Assembly: GCF_018398935.1 (NCBI RefSeq)
Contig: NZ_CP074694.1
Location: 1,650,001 to 1,682,000 of the forward strand
Reading direction: 5' to 3'
Origin: Telmatocola sphagniphila
GTDB lineage: Bacteria > Planctomycetota > Planctomycetia > Gemmatales > Gemmataceae
Length of the DNA stretch: 32,000 nt
Below the pieces are notes generated by a model. That model made no database searches. It was not told where the DNA came from and saw only the letters and a program-made list of their open reading frames with translations. Shown piece after piece: positions 1 through 9,334 of the stretch. The position numbers and the translations under genes are program-made. Every line of letters begins with the position of its first letter. The stretch's first letter is position 1.

Positions 1-2784
1 CCCGGTTCGAATGCGCCCGTAGTCTACGGTGGACGATTGCGAACCGTTCTGGCTTATCTGGATCGACAGAAATTGCAGGCCCGCAATCTCTCGCCGATCG
101 ACGTCATGAACGCTCTCGATCGTTACAACATCTTCATTCCGGCAGGCGATGCGAAACTCGGAACTCTCGATTATGCCCTCGATTCCAATTCCATGTATGA
201 GATCGTCGAAAGGATGGGCGATATTCCCATCAAAAACGATGGTGATAAACCGGTTTTCCTGCGCGATGTGGCTCTCCCCAAAGATGCCAGTCTGGTGCAG
301 ACGAATATCGTTCGCGTCGATGGTCGCCGGCAGGTTTACATTCCGGTCTATCGCCAGCAGGGCGCGAGTACCTTGAGTGTCGTCAGTCACCTGCGCGACA
401 ACATGCAGGACATGAAGGACCGACTGACAACGCCGGATGTGGATCTCAAATTGGTGATGGATCAATCGATTTACGTGAGCAAGGCCATCGAAAGTCTGGC
501 GGAAGAAGGGATACTTGGGGCAATTCTCTGTTCACTGGTGATCCTTTTATTTCTCGGGGAATGGAAGATGACCGCCATCGCAGTCATGACCATTCCTGTC
601 GCGGTTCTGGGGGCGATTGCCTGCCTGCATGGTATGGATCAGACGATCAACGTCATGACTCTGGCCGGGCTGGCGCTAGCCATTGGTCCGCTGGTGGATA
701 GCGCAATCATTTGCCTGGAGAATACTCACCGACATCTGGGGCTGGGCGCAACACCTAAAGCAGCCGCTTTTCTCGGTGCTAGTGAAGTGGCGATGCCCGA
801 ACTCGTCGCCAGTCTCTGCACCCTCCTGGTATTAGCGCCGTTGGCGATGATGCCGGGGATCGGCAAATTCCTTTTCCGACCGATGTTTCTTTCAGTCACC
901 TTCGCCATGGTCATCGCCTATATCCTCTCCCGAACCTTCGTCCCCGCCCGTTGTTTCAAATGGTTAAAAGGTCACGGGTCCAAGCCGATCGAATCGAATA
1001 CTCTCGATCTTCCGCCCAGTAATTCGCGGGAGAATCCCCAATCCCCCGGGCTCATCGGGCGGCTCTTTGAAAAGTGGGAATCCGTCATCGATATAGGCAT
1101 ACGCGGCTACAGCCGTGTGCTGCAGTTGGCAATGAAAGCTCGCTTGGTCGTCGTGTTGTCCGCTTATGCACTTCTGGCCGCTACCATCCTCCTGTTAGGT
1201 CCGAAACTTCGCCGGGAATTTTTCCCCGAAGTCGACGCGGGTGTATTCGAAATCTACGTTCGATTACAATCCGGTACCCGCATCGAGATTACGGAAAAAA
1301 AGGTCGAAATAATCGAAAATTTTGTCAAGGAGACCCTCGGTGCCGATCGGGAAATGGTGATCAGCGAGATTGGTCTGACGGCCGACTGGTCCGCCGCATT
1401 CACACCGAACAGTGGTCCGATGGATGCCGTGGTAAAAGTCCAGTTGAAGCCCGAGCGGTCGCACTCGGCCCAGGAGTACGTGCACCTATTACGACAGGGT
1501 TTTAGTAAGGATGCTCGCTTCAATGAGATCGAGTTTGCTTTCGATGCGGGGGGAATGATCCGGTCAGCCATGAACGAAGGGAAATCGACACCGATCAACA
1601 TTCGAATCACGGGCAAAAGCCTTCGAAAATCGCGGGCCATCGCGGAAAAAATTCAGGGTGAAGTTCAACAGGTTGACGGCGTCGTCGACGCTCGCATCAT
1701 CCAGCGACTCGACTATCCCCAATACACTCTCGAAGTGGATCGGGCGAAGGCAAGCGATCTCGGGCTGGATCAGGTCGATGTGATGCGAAATGTCGTGGCT
1801 TCGTTGAACTCGAGCGTTCAGTTCAACAAACGCAATTTCTGGATCGATCCACTCAGTCACAACCAGTATTTCGTGGGGGTGCAATACGCTGAAGAAGATA
1901 TCGATTCTCTGGAAACGCTGCTCGATATTCCCATCACCAGTCCGACCCAGAAGCGTTCGATTCCCTTGCGAAATATTGCCACTCTCCGAAGGACGACCGT
2001 TCCCTCCGAGATCACTCACCAGAATTTGCAAGCGACATTCGATCTGACCATGGGCGTTTACGGACGGGACCTGGGACACGTCGCCGAGGAGGTCAAGAAA
2101 ATCGTCCAGCAATTCGGGAAAGCCCGTCCGGACGGCGGTTGGACTCCCTTCGATCCCGATTCGCAGGAGAAAATTCCCATCGAGGGGAGCAAGGTTCTGT
2201 TAAGCGGCGAATACCAGAAGATGGAATCGACTTTTCGAAACCAGGCTTTCGGGATGATCCTCGCCGTCACGCTCATTTACTTTTTGATGGTGGCATTGTT
2301 CAGATCCTACCTGATACCCCTAGTCGTTTTATCCGCGGTGCCCGTCGGGATCATCGGGGTGGTACTCGCGCTGTATCTGACTCACACCGCTTTGAGTATT
2401 CAATCGCTGCTCGGCGTAATCTTTATGATTGGGATTGTCGTCTCAAATACCGTTCTACTGACCGATTTTGCACAGAATCTTCGAAAGACAGATTTGCTGA
2501 CACCGCAGCAAGCGATTGCTCGCGCCGCCAGTATCCGCGTCCGGCCCGTGGTCATGACCGCACTCGCAACGTTCTTCGCGTTAATCCCCATGTCATTGGG
2601 GCTGAGCCGTGGTAGCGAGGCCAATGTTCCCCTGGGAAGAGCCGTCCTGGGAGGATTATTGGCTGGCCTGGGGACCACGCTACTTGTGGTACCCTGTCTT
2701 TATTCATTGGTGATTCATGGGCCGCTAGAACACGAATCTGGAGATGAAGGCGAGTCTCATCCAGTGCATAAAAATGAGGATTGA
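1..2784 (+). CDS. RND-superfamily efflux transporter permease (AcrB/CzcA-like), 5'-truncated by window edge
   Basis: Frame +1 is open from base 1, with no stop before the listed TTG at 37, so the gene continues upstream. The product exceeds 915 aa. It has two clusters of hydrophobic helices (e.g. ILGAILCSLVILLFLGEW, FGMILAVTLIYFLMVALF) separated by large soluble loops. LALAIGPLVDSAIICLEN resembles the conserved TM4 'LAIGxxVDxAIVxxEN' helix of RND pumps. Confidence 0.85.
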   Translation, partial: PGSNAPVVYGGRLRTVLAYLDRQKLQARNLSPIDVMNALDRYNIFIPAGDAKLGTLDYALDSNSMYEIVERMGDIPIKNDGDKPVFLRDVALPKDASLVQTNIVRVDGRRQVYIPVYRQQGASTLSVVSHLRDNMQDMKDRLTTPDVDLKLVMDQSIYVSKAIESLAEEGILGAILCSLVILLFLGEWKMTAIAVMTIPVAVLGAIACLHGMDQTINVMTLAGLALAIGPLVDSAIICLENTHRHLGLGATPKAAAFLGASEVAMPELVASLCTLLVLAPLAMMPGIGKFLFRPMFLSVTFAMVIAYILSRTFVPARCFKWLKGHGSKPIESNTLDLPPSNSRENPQSPGLIGRLFEKWESVIDIGIRGYSRVLQLAMKARLVVVLSAYALLAATILLLGPKLRREFFPEVDAGVFEIYVRLQSGTRIEITEKKVEIIENFVKETLGADREMVISEIGLTADWSAAFTPNSGPMDAVVKVQLKPERSHSAQEYVHLLRQGFSKDARFNEIEFAFDAGGMIRSAMNEGKSTPINIRITGKSLRKSRAIAEKIQGEVQQVDGVVDARIIQRLDYPQYTLEVDRAKASDLGLDQVDVMRNVVASLNSSVQFNKRNFWIDPLSHNQYFVGVQYAEEDIDSLETLLDIPITSPTQKRSIPLRNIATLRRTTVPSEITHQNLQATFDLTMGVYGRDLGHVAEEVKKIVQQFGKARPDGGWTPFDPDSQEKIPIEGSKVLLSGEYQKMESTFRNQAFGMILAVTLIYFLMVALFRSYLIPLVVLSAVPVGIIGVVLALYLTHTALSIQSLLGVIFMIGIVVSNTVLLTDFAQNLRKTDLLTPQQAIARAASIRVRPVVMTALATFFALIPMSLGLSRGSEANVPLGRAVLGGLLAGLGTTLLVVPCLYSLVIHGPLEHESGDEGESHPVHKNED

Positions 2785-2830
2785 ACTATTCCAAGGTCAC
2801 GCTGTAGGACGTCCCTGTGACACTCCCGGC

Positions 2831-3451
2831 TCAACCTCGAGGAGTTCCCACTACCGGACGGCACTTGCGATCCTTGATTGCCTGCACCAAATCGGCGATA
2901 TTACGGATTTGCACATCGAATAGCGTGTGGCAGCAGCCCATGGTGGATTCGTGATGCGAATCGCTATTGCCCAGTTGAGCGTATTCGGGGTGCTCTCGAG
3001 CATACTCGGCCGCTTGCTGTCGCAAATCGGGATCCATGTTTTTGGACATCATCTCCATGCCGTCCAAATGAATTGCCTCATTCTGCATGATGTCCGCAAA
3101 AGGCTGGCCCCAGCGAAACGGGTGAGCCGCCACGGCGACACCCCCCTGCTGATGAATTTCATCGCAGAGGTCCTCCCAGAGCATTCCTTTTCGGAGTTTC
3201 TTGGCCTCCCGGACGCCATAGCAAAGCACATCTCCTTCTCGAGCGGTTACCTCAATACCCGCCAGGACGATGAGCCCGGGTGCCATACTGCGCAACTCCT
3301 GCAATTCTTCGTCGGGCCACCAGTACTCATGCTCCGTGATCACGATGCCGTCCAGGCCGACTTCCTGGGCTCTTTGAAGCATCGCGATAGGATCCATTTC
3401 GCTGTCGTGCGAATGGCGGGAGGTATGCATATGGAGATCGAAACGCATCAT
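2831..3451 (-). CDS. PHP-domain metal-dependent phosphoesterase
   Basis: 206 aa. PHP His/Asp ligand motifs are present: FDLHMHTSRHSHDS, VITEHE, AAHPFRWG, GNSDSHH. The start overlaps the stop of the upstream Mrp gene by 4 nt (3448-3451). Confidence 0.75.
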   Translation of the reverse strand: MMRFDLHMHTSRHSHDSEMDPIAMLQRAQEVGLDGIVITEHEYWWPDEELQELRSMAPGLIVLAGIEVTAREGDVLCYGVREAKKLRKGMLWEDLCDEIHQQGGVAVAAHPFRWGQPFADIMQNEAIHLDGMEMMSKNMDPDLRQQAAEYAREHPEYAQLGNSDSHHESTMGCCHTLFDVQIRNIADLVQAIKDRKCRPVVGTPRG

Positions 3452-4263
3452 AACTGCACCGCGGGAAGTTCGGAGGTTTCCGAGAGCTTGGCCGCCGCTT
3501 TCAAGACTTTCTCAGCGAGCTCCAGGTAGGCCTTGGCGACAGGGGAATCGGGATACTTGTGAACCAGAGGTTCGCCCGCATCACCGCATTCGGCGACTCG
3601 AGGATCGATGGGAACTTCGCCGAGAAATTCCACACCGGTTTCTTCCGCCAGTTTCTTCCCGCCACCGTGGCGGAAAATCTCGTAGCGCTTGCCATCGTCT
3701 CCGACAAAGTAACTCATGTTCTCGATGATGCCCAATACCGGAACTTTGAGTTGCCGAAACATATTCAGGGCTTTCACCGCGTCGATCAGACTGACATCCT
3801 GCGGGGTGGTCACGATGATGGCACCGCGGACATTCGCCGTCTGACAGAGTGTGAGTTGCGCATCACCCGTACCCGGGGGCATATCGATCACCAGAGTATC
3901 CAGGGCTCCCCAAGGAATTTGCGTCAGAAAAGCGCCGACATATTTGGCGACCATGGGGCCTCGAAGCAGTACGCCTTTGGTGGCATCGGGAATGAATCCC
4001 ATCGACATCAGCTTCAAGCCGTACTTTTCGAGCGGGAATTGGGCCGTCTGCGGATCGGCTGAGCCCAATCCCATCATAAGGGGCACACTGGGGCCATAGA
4101 TATCGGCGTCCATGAGTCCGACCGACTGGCCGATCTTTTTCAAGGCGAGTGCGAGGTTGGAGGAAACCGTCGATTTCCCAACTCCCCCCTTACCGCTCGC
4201 GACTGCCAGGATATTTTTCACATCCGCCAAGGCGGGATTAGCCGCCTGGGTTTGAGGTTGCAT
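3448..4263 (-). CDS. Mrp/NBP35/ApbC-family P-loop ATPase (Fe-S cluster carrier family), lacking the canonical CxxC
   Basis: It carries the deviant Walker A ASGKGGVGKSTVSSNLA, Walker B LVIDMPPGTGD and IIENMSYF. The position normally occupied by CPxC reads VGDD. The whole protein has only two isolated Cys. Confidence 0.85.
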   Translation of the reverse strand: MQPQTQAANPALADVKNILAVASGKGGVGKSTVSSNLALALKKIGQSVGLMDADIYGPSVPLMMGLGSADPQTAQFPLEKYGLKLMSMGFIPDATKGVLLRGPMVAKYVGAFLTQIPWGALDTLVIDMPPGTGDAQLTLCQTANVRGAIIVTTPQDVSLIDAVKALNMFRQLKVPVLGIIENMSYFVGDDGKRYEIFRHGGGKKLAEETGVEFLGEVPIDPRVAECGDAGEPLVHKYPDSPVAKAYLELAEKVLKAAAKLSETSELPAVQL

Positions 4264-4300
4264 ATAGACTCCTGATTATTCGTGACTTGACGAAGTAAGA

Positions 4301-4636
4301 TTATTTATCTGAAACGGGAGAGGAAAAGTCGCGTAACATTTCGAGGGTATAAATCCCCGAATCGTGGCCATCGTTCCAAACGATTTGATACGCATAGTAA
4401 CCGCGAGGCAGCATTTTCACCGGTTTGGGAGGGCCAGCCTGAATTTCGCGCTCCGACAACACTCGGAATGGGTCTATCGGCTTTTGTCGTTCGTCATTAC
4501 AGGTTGCACAGGGGCATTTTTTACGAAGCTCGGTAAAAGGGACAAATGTGGATGCTCCATCCGCCCACTCGATGGCAAGTCCGTCTCCCGCCCCTTTGAG
4601 CGATTTTGGTTTGTATTTGTCTAATTCAACCGTCAT
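4301..4636 (-). CDS. DUF971 (BBOX1 N-terminal-like) zinc-binding domain protein
   Basis: Motifs include LAIEWADG...FVPFTELRKKCPCATCNDE (CxCxxC) and YAYQIVWNDGHDSGIYTLEMLR. I chose the ATG at 4636, which has a GGAG 8 nt upstream, over the longer ORF start at 4735. Confidence 0.7.
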   Translation of the reverse strand: MTVELDKYKPKSLKGAGDGLAIEWADGASTFVPFTELRKKCPCATCNDERQKPIDPFRVLSEREIQAGPPKPVKMLPRGYYAYQIVWNDGHDSGIYTLEMLRDFSSPVSDK

Positions 4637-4761
4637 AACTGTCTCCAGCAGATATGTTAGGGATGAGGACACGACTGGGGAGTGTGGCCGCTCTAAAGGA
4701 GAATCGGATAATACCGAAATACTTCTCGGGTGCAACTGGCGAGAGTAGGGAAAGGTACGCT

Positions 4762-7700
4762 ATGGTCGTCGGCGCTTGTCCACGCTGCAGTAAATCGTTG
4801 CCGGATCTAGACATACCGCCCCTATTCTGCCCCTATTGCGGAACGAAAATTCGCGGGTCCAGCACGCCCTATCCTCACTCTAATCTTCATACGACTGCCG
4901 AATTTCAGCCCCATTCCATCCCCGATTCCTCCACTGCAGACGAGAAAGTTCCGGAAAACATCGGCGGCTACAAGCTGGGCGCGCTTTTGGGCTCCGGCGG
5001 TATGGGACAGGTTTATGAAGCCAATTCGCTGTCTTCGAATGAGACTGTGGCCGTCAAGTTGCTTTCCACGCGGCTCTCCTCCAGTCCGATTTCGCTGGAA
5101 CGATTCCGACAGGAAGGTCGATTAGCCAGTCAGATTTCTCACCCCCTCTGCGTCTTCGTGTACGCGGCCGATACCGAAAACGGACGACCCTATATCGTCA
5201 TGGAGCGTATGCCCGGGAATACGCTCAAGGACTATGTGGAGAAAAAGGGAACGCTGCCCGTTCAGGAATCGATCCAGCTGATTCTCGACGTGATCGATGG
5301 CTTGCGAGAAGCGCACCGGCTTGGGTTCATTCATCGAGACGTGAAGCCGTCCAATTGCTTTCTCACCAAAGATGGTCGGGTGAAAATCGGTGACTTTGGA
5401 CTCTCTCGCTCGCTGACCCGCGACGGTTCCCTGACGCAGACCGGGGCATTTCTCGGTACAGTCCTATATGCCTCACCGGAGCAGATTAAAGGCGAGCCGG
5501 TCGACTTCAGTTCCGACGTTTATTCGGTTTCCGCCACGCTCTATTTCCTTCTGACGGGCCGAGCACCGTTTCAACAGGATAATATGACGGCTGCTCTGGC
5601 CCAGGTCATTTCAGAGGATGCTCCTCCCATCCGCCGGTTTCGAAAGGAAATCCCCAAAAATCTGGAAAGCATCCTGGCCCGCGGCCTGGAACGGGATCGG
5701 GATCGGCGTTTTCCGGATTTGGAGGAATTGCGGGCGGCTTTGGTCGCGTTGATACCCGGTTCGATGCGTACCGCGGGTTTCAGTGTGAAAATAGGAGCCT
5801 TCATTCTCGACGATATTTTCGTCGAGCTGGCTTTGATTCAGCCCTGTTCCTATTTCATCCACGATTATGTTAATGGCTTCTTGCTCAACATCTCGAAGCT
5901 CCTGATCTTTTTCCTCTATTTTGCCTTGTGCGAATGGCGTTTTGGTGGAACTCCCGGGAAGAGAATATTTCGGCTGCGCGTTTGCCGGAATAATTCGACC
6001 GAGGCCCCGAGCTTCACCGCCATACTGCTGCGAACCGCTATTTTCTGCCTCATGATCGGCTTTGAATTCTGGGAACATAGCGTATTAGGCGAAAGTACCA
6101 ATGCCGTCCGGGCTGAACGCTTCTTCTATTTTCTCTGGGTGGTTGTCGGCCTGCTGCTGCTATACCTTCCCATGCGAAGCCGCCTGCATAGAGGCCTGCA
6201 CGATCGGCTCAGTAAAACCTGTGTTCTGCGGCTGCCGCCGCGAACTTACGAGGTTCGCCTCTATAGCAGTAAGGAAGATCGGCTTCGCACACTGCCACCC
6301 TTGCCGCAGAATTTTCAATTCGATTTGAAACCCTACGTGCTCCACCGGGGAGATGAGGGCCCGACGGAAGGGGAATGGACTGTCCTCGGCGAAGATAAAA
6401 TGCTGGGTCGGAATCTTCTGTTCCATATCCAGCCCAAAACCAATGAATTGAATCCTCAACGCCGTTCTTTACAGCGAACCGCGCGTTTACGGCTATTAAA
6501 CTCTGGCGAATTGAATCAAAATGGCAAATCCTATTGCTGGAGTGCTTATATTGCACCCAGTGGTGCTCCCCTCTCCGATATTGCCACCACCAAACATCGT
6601 TTGCCCTGGTCCGAAACGCGTCTGATCGTTGAACAACTCGTCGACGAACTGCTGGAAGCAAGAAAAGATGGCACGTTGCCGTCGTCGCTGAATCTGGACC
6701 AGGTCTGGCTGCAGCACGACGGGCGCATGCAGCTACTCGATTTTCCTGTGAAGTCCTATCGGGAAAAAGAAATTCCTACTGTAAACGACGGCATTCATCT
6801 GGTTCGCCAGGCGATCTGTCTGGCACTCCAGGGAGATATCGCCAAGCTCGAGAAAGAAACCGATATCGAGGCGCCGATCCCCAGTCACGCGCGCACGATG
6901 ATTCAGAACTCCCTGATCGATTCTCGGGAAGAGTCGTTACTAAATTTGAAAAAGATGCTCGTGGAGACCCGAAATCAGCCACAGCGAGTTAATACCTCAA
7001 TGCGGTTGTTTCAAATCTGCCTCATGGGCGCATTTCTTTCCATCGGACTCTTGACCATGTTCTCCACGGCGGGTTTGTATACGGTCATGCTCGTTGCGGC
7101 TCGGGAACATTTGCAATCGGCCAGTGAAGACATGCTTCGAGCCATGCGCCACCCGGAACGACACCCGGAGTGGCGGAAGGATCCGGAGGTGCAGAAATTT
7201 CTGGCTTCCAACTCAGCCCGCAAGGATGTCGAGGAGCTGTTGAATGCCAGTAAGCTCCAATTGGACAAGCATCGCAAAGGACTGACGGCGATTGGACGTT
7301 TCATCGTTTCGCAATTTCGTACGAAAGCCGAACAGGAACAAAACCTGCTTCCCCACACGCATCTGGTGATCGAAGAAATCGAAAGGCATCAAGCCGCCGG
7401 TGAACCGATTAAGAGCCTGATTCCGATCGAGAAGGATTGGTACAAGTTGATGGGTTTGATTCTCGGCATCCCTTTGACTTGGGCTCTGTTGAGCTTCGCC
7501 TGGCGGGGTAGCCCCTCGCTTACACTGAGCCAGATTCGACTGGTGACATTAAAAGGAGAACCGGCTAAGCGCTGGGTTTACTTGCTTCGAACGCTTGCAG
7601 TCTGGCTGCCGATTGGACTGCTTTTAAGCGTCTCGGTACTGTTCCAAGCGAACTATCCCGGCTGGGTCTCCTCGCACGCGTTTGTTTGGTGGCTGGCTTT

Positions 7701-7794
7701 CTCCATAATCATTGGCTATGTCGTGCACGCGTTGCGCAACCCCGAACAGTCGTGGTTGGATGAGCGACTGAATCTCATTCTTGTGCCAAAATAG
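4762..7794 (+). CDS. Multidomain membrane Ser/Thr protein kinase: Zn-ribbon + Hanks kinase + RDD module + degenerate kinase-like domain + second RDD-like module
   Basis: The Zn ribbon reads CPRC...CPYC. Kinase motifs are GSGGMGQVYEA, VAVKLL, HRDVKPSNCFL, DFGLS and ASPEQ. RDD1 reads KIGAFILDD...GGTPGKRIFRLRV...GLHDRLSKTCVL. The C-terminal module reads SLTLSQIRLVTLKG...WLDERLNLILV. I set the start at ATG 4762 (MVVGACPRC); the ORF track start at 4654 is a probable over-extension. Confidence 0.85.
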   Translation: MVVGACPRCSKSLPDLDIPPLFCPYCGTKIRGSSTPYPHSNLHTTAEFQPHSIPDSSTADEKVPENIGGYKLGALLGSGGMGQVYEANSLSSNETVAVKLLSTRLSSSPISLERFRQEGRLASQISHPLCVFVYAADTENGRPYIVMERMPGNTLKDYVEKKGTLPVQESIQLILDVIDGLREAHRLGFIHRDVKPSNCFLTKDGRVKIGDFGLSRSLTRDGSLTQTGAFLGTVLYASPEQIKGEPVDFSSDVYSVSATLYFLLTGRAPFQQDNMTAALAQVISEDAPPIRRFRKEIPKNLESILARGLERDRDRRFPDLEELRAALVALIPGSMRTAGFSVKIGAFILDDIFVELALIQPCSYFIHDYVNGFLLNISKLLIFFLYFALCEWRFGGTPGKRIFRLRVCRNNSTEAPSFTAILLRTAIFCLMIGFEFWEHSVLGESTNAVRAERFFYFLWVVVGLLLLYLPMRSRLHRGLHDRLSKTCVLRLPPRTYEVRLYSSKEDRLRTLPPLPQNFQFDLKPYVLHRGDEGPTEGEWTVLGEDKMLGRNLLFHIQPKTNELNPQRRSLQRTARLRLLNSGELNQNGKSYCWSAYIAPSGAPLSDIATTKHRLPWSETRLIVEQLVDELLEARKDGTLPSSLNLDQVWLQHDGRMQLLDFPVKSYREKEIPTVNDGIHLVRQAICLALQGDIAKLEKETDIEAPIPSHARTMIQNSLIDSREESLLNLKKMLVETRNQPQRVNTSMRLFQICLMGAFLSIGLLTMFSTAGLYTVMLVAAREHLQSASEDMLRAMRHPERHPEWRKDPEVQKFLASNSARKDVEELLNASKLQLDKHRKGLTAIGRFIVSQFRTKAEQEQNLLPHTHLVIEEIERHQAAGEPIKSLIPIEKDWYKLMGLILGIPLTWALLSFAWRGSPSLTLSQIRLVTLKGEPAKRWVYLLRTLAVWLPIGLLLSVSVLFQANYPGWVSSHAFVWWLAFSIIIGYVVHALRNPEQSWLDERLNLILVPK

Positions 7795-7900
7795 CCGATC
7801 TTTCCCATATTGACAGCCGCTTCCAGTTGGTCTTGACGCTAGAGAACATTTCAAACAGTATTGCCTCCGGAATATTTTATTTTGGAGGTGAATTGAAGAC

Positions 7901-9331
7901 ATGTTCTTCGCTTCACAAGCTTATCTACTGTTCTTCCTCATTGTGTTTTCCGTGTACTGGGCCCTCCCCAGTCATCGCGGACGTTTAGCCTGGCTTCTGG
8001 CTGCGAGCATCTTCTTTTACGCCTACTTCAGCGAAATGCTCGCGCTATTAGTCTTCAGCACCACACTCGCCGACTATCTTTTTGCGCGGGCGATGGATAG
8101 CACTTCGAAGGAAGTTCGCCGGAAGTGGATTCTGCGCTGCAGTTTGCTGATGAATCTCAGCATCCTCGCCTTCTTCAAATATCGGAATTTTTTCATCGAA
8201 CCGATCTGCACCGCACTGGAAGGACTGGGTGTTAAACCGAACCTGCCGATCCTGCACGTTGGGATACCGTTCGGAATTTCCTTCTATACGTTCGAAGCCA
8301 TCAGCTACGCCGTGGATGTGTACAAGCGAAAAATCCGGGCCGAGCGGGATCCACTGAAGTTCATGCTCTTCATTCTGTTCTTCCCGCATCTGGTGGCCGG
8401 ACCGATCGTGCGTGCCAAAGATTTCCTCACCCAGGCGCGGCGGCCCAAGCGATTCAATTGGATTCGAATGCAGATCGGAGTTCAATATTTCCTGATCGGT
8501 CTGTTCAAAAAGTTGGCCATTGCCGACTGCATGGCCATTTACAGCGATCCCGTTTTCTTTCCCGGTCGGGATGTCAGCGCTTTAAGCACTACGGCGGTCT
8601 GGCTGGGGGTTTTGGCTTTCGCCATCCAAATTTACTGCGATTTCTCCGGCTATACCGACATGGCCCTCGGTTCGGCTCACTTGCTGGGGTATAAGCTCAC
8701 CCGCAACTTCATGATGCCCTACCTCGCGCCGAACATTACCGAATTCTGGCATCGTTGGCATATTTCGCTGTCTACCTGGTTGCGAGATTACCTGTTCATT
8801 CCCCTCGGGGGCTCGCGAGGCGGTCGACTGCTGACCTATCGAAATTTGCTGATCACCATGACACTCGGCGGCCTCTGGCACGGGGCCAACTGGTCGTTCG
8901 TGATCTGGGGCGTGGTCCACGGTCTGCTTTTGATCGGGCACAAAATCTTCAAGACATGGTGCGAACACCGATCGCGATTGAATTCGCTACTGGCTTCTCA
9001 ACTCGGAACTGTCACTCGAGTATTGATGACATTCTTCTGCGTGATGATTTGCTGGGTGTTCTTCCAGCCTTCACTGGAGAGGTCGATCGCCATTTTGAGC
9101 AAGATGTTTGAAATTCAACCCGGGGATGGGCTGACGATGCCGAATCGTCGGCTCTGGATCTCGATCGCAGTGCTTTTGACGGGCCAGATAATCCTTCTGC
9201 AAGGGCTCTGGAAGCGCTATTCGCACAGAATTCCTGCCCCGTTGATGGGAGTGGGCTACGCTCTGCTGCTATCGCTCTCCCTCTTGTTGAACCCCGATAG
9301 CGGCAAGAACTTTATTTACTTTCAATTTTAA
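7901..9331 (+). CDS. MBOAT-family membrane-bound O-acyltransferase (AlgI/DltB/PatA-like)
   Basis: 476 aa and polytopic. Motifs are FFPHLVAGPIVRAKDF and the catalytic-His region FWHRWHISLSTWLRDYLFIPLGGSRGG. GGAGGTG lies 10 nt upstream of the ATG. Confidence 0.9.
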   Translation: MFFASQAYLLFFLIVFSVYWALPSHRGRLAWLLAASIFFYAYFSEMLALLVFSTTLADYLFARAMDSTSKEVRRKWILRCSLLMNLSILAFFKYRNFFIEPICTALEGLGVKPNLPILHVGIPFGISFYTFEAISYAVDVYKRKIRAERDPLKFMLFILFFPHLVAGPIVRAKDFLTQARRPKRFNWIRMQIGVQYFLIGLFKKLAIADCMAIYSDPVFFPGRDVSALSTTAVWLGVLAFAIQIYCDFSGYTDMALGSAHLLGYKLTRNFMMPYLAPNITEFWHRWHISLSTWLRDYLFIPLGGSRGGRLLTYRNLLITMTLGGLWHGANWSFVIWGVVHGLLLIGHKIFKTWCEHRSRLNSLLASQLGTVTRVLMTFFCVMICWVFFQPSLERSIAILSKMFEIQPGDGLTMPNRRLWISIAVLLTGQIILLQGLWKRYSHRIPAPLMGVGYALLLSLSLLLNPDSGKNFIYFQF

Positions 9332-9334
9332 TCG

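Noticed and set aside
4-12. GGTTCGAAT, a tRNA T-loop-like string at the very start of the window
   Set aside because: The flanking bases CCCGG and GCGCC cannot form a T-stem. The string also lies in the open reading frame of the RND permease. No acceptor or anticodon arms are visible.
2927-4062. 200-aa and 167-aa ORFs antisense to the PHP and Mrp genes
   Set aside because: The opposite-strand products carry clear PHP and P-loop motifs. These ORFs have no motifs and arginine/histidine-rich shadow-frame composition.
4654-4761. N-terminal 36-aa extension of the kinase ORF (start at 4654)
   Set aside because: The extension would leave only 17 bp to the divergent DUF971 gene start. ATG 4762 has a purine-rich upstream element and begins directly at the Zn ribbon. 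This is not proven.
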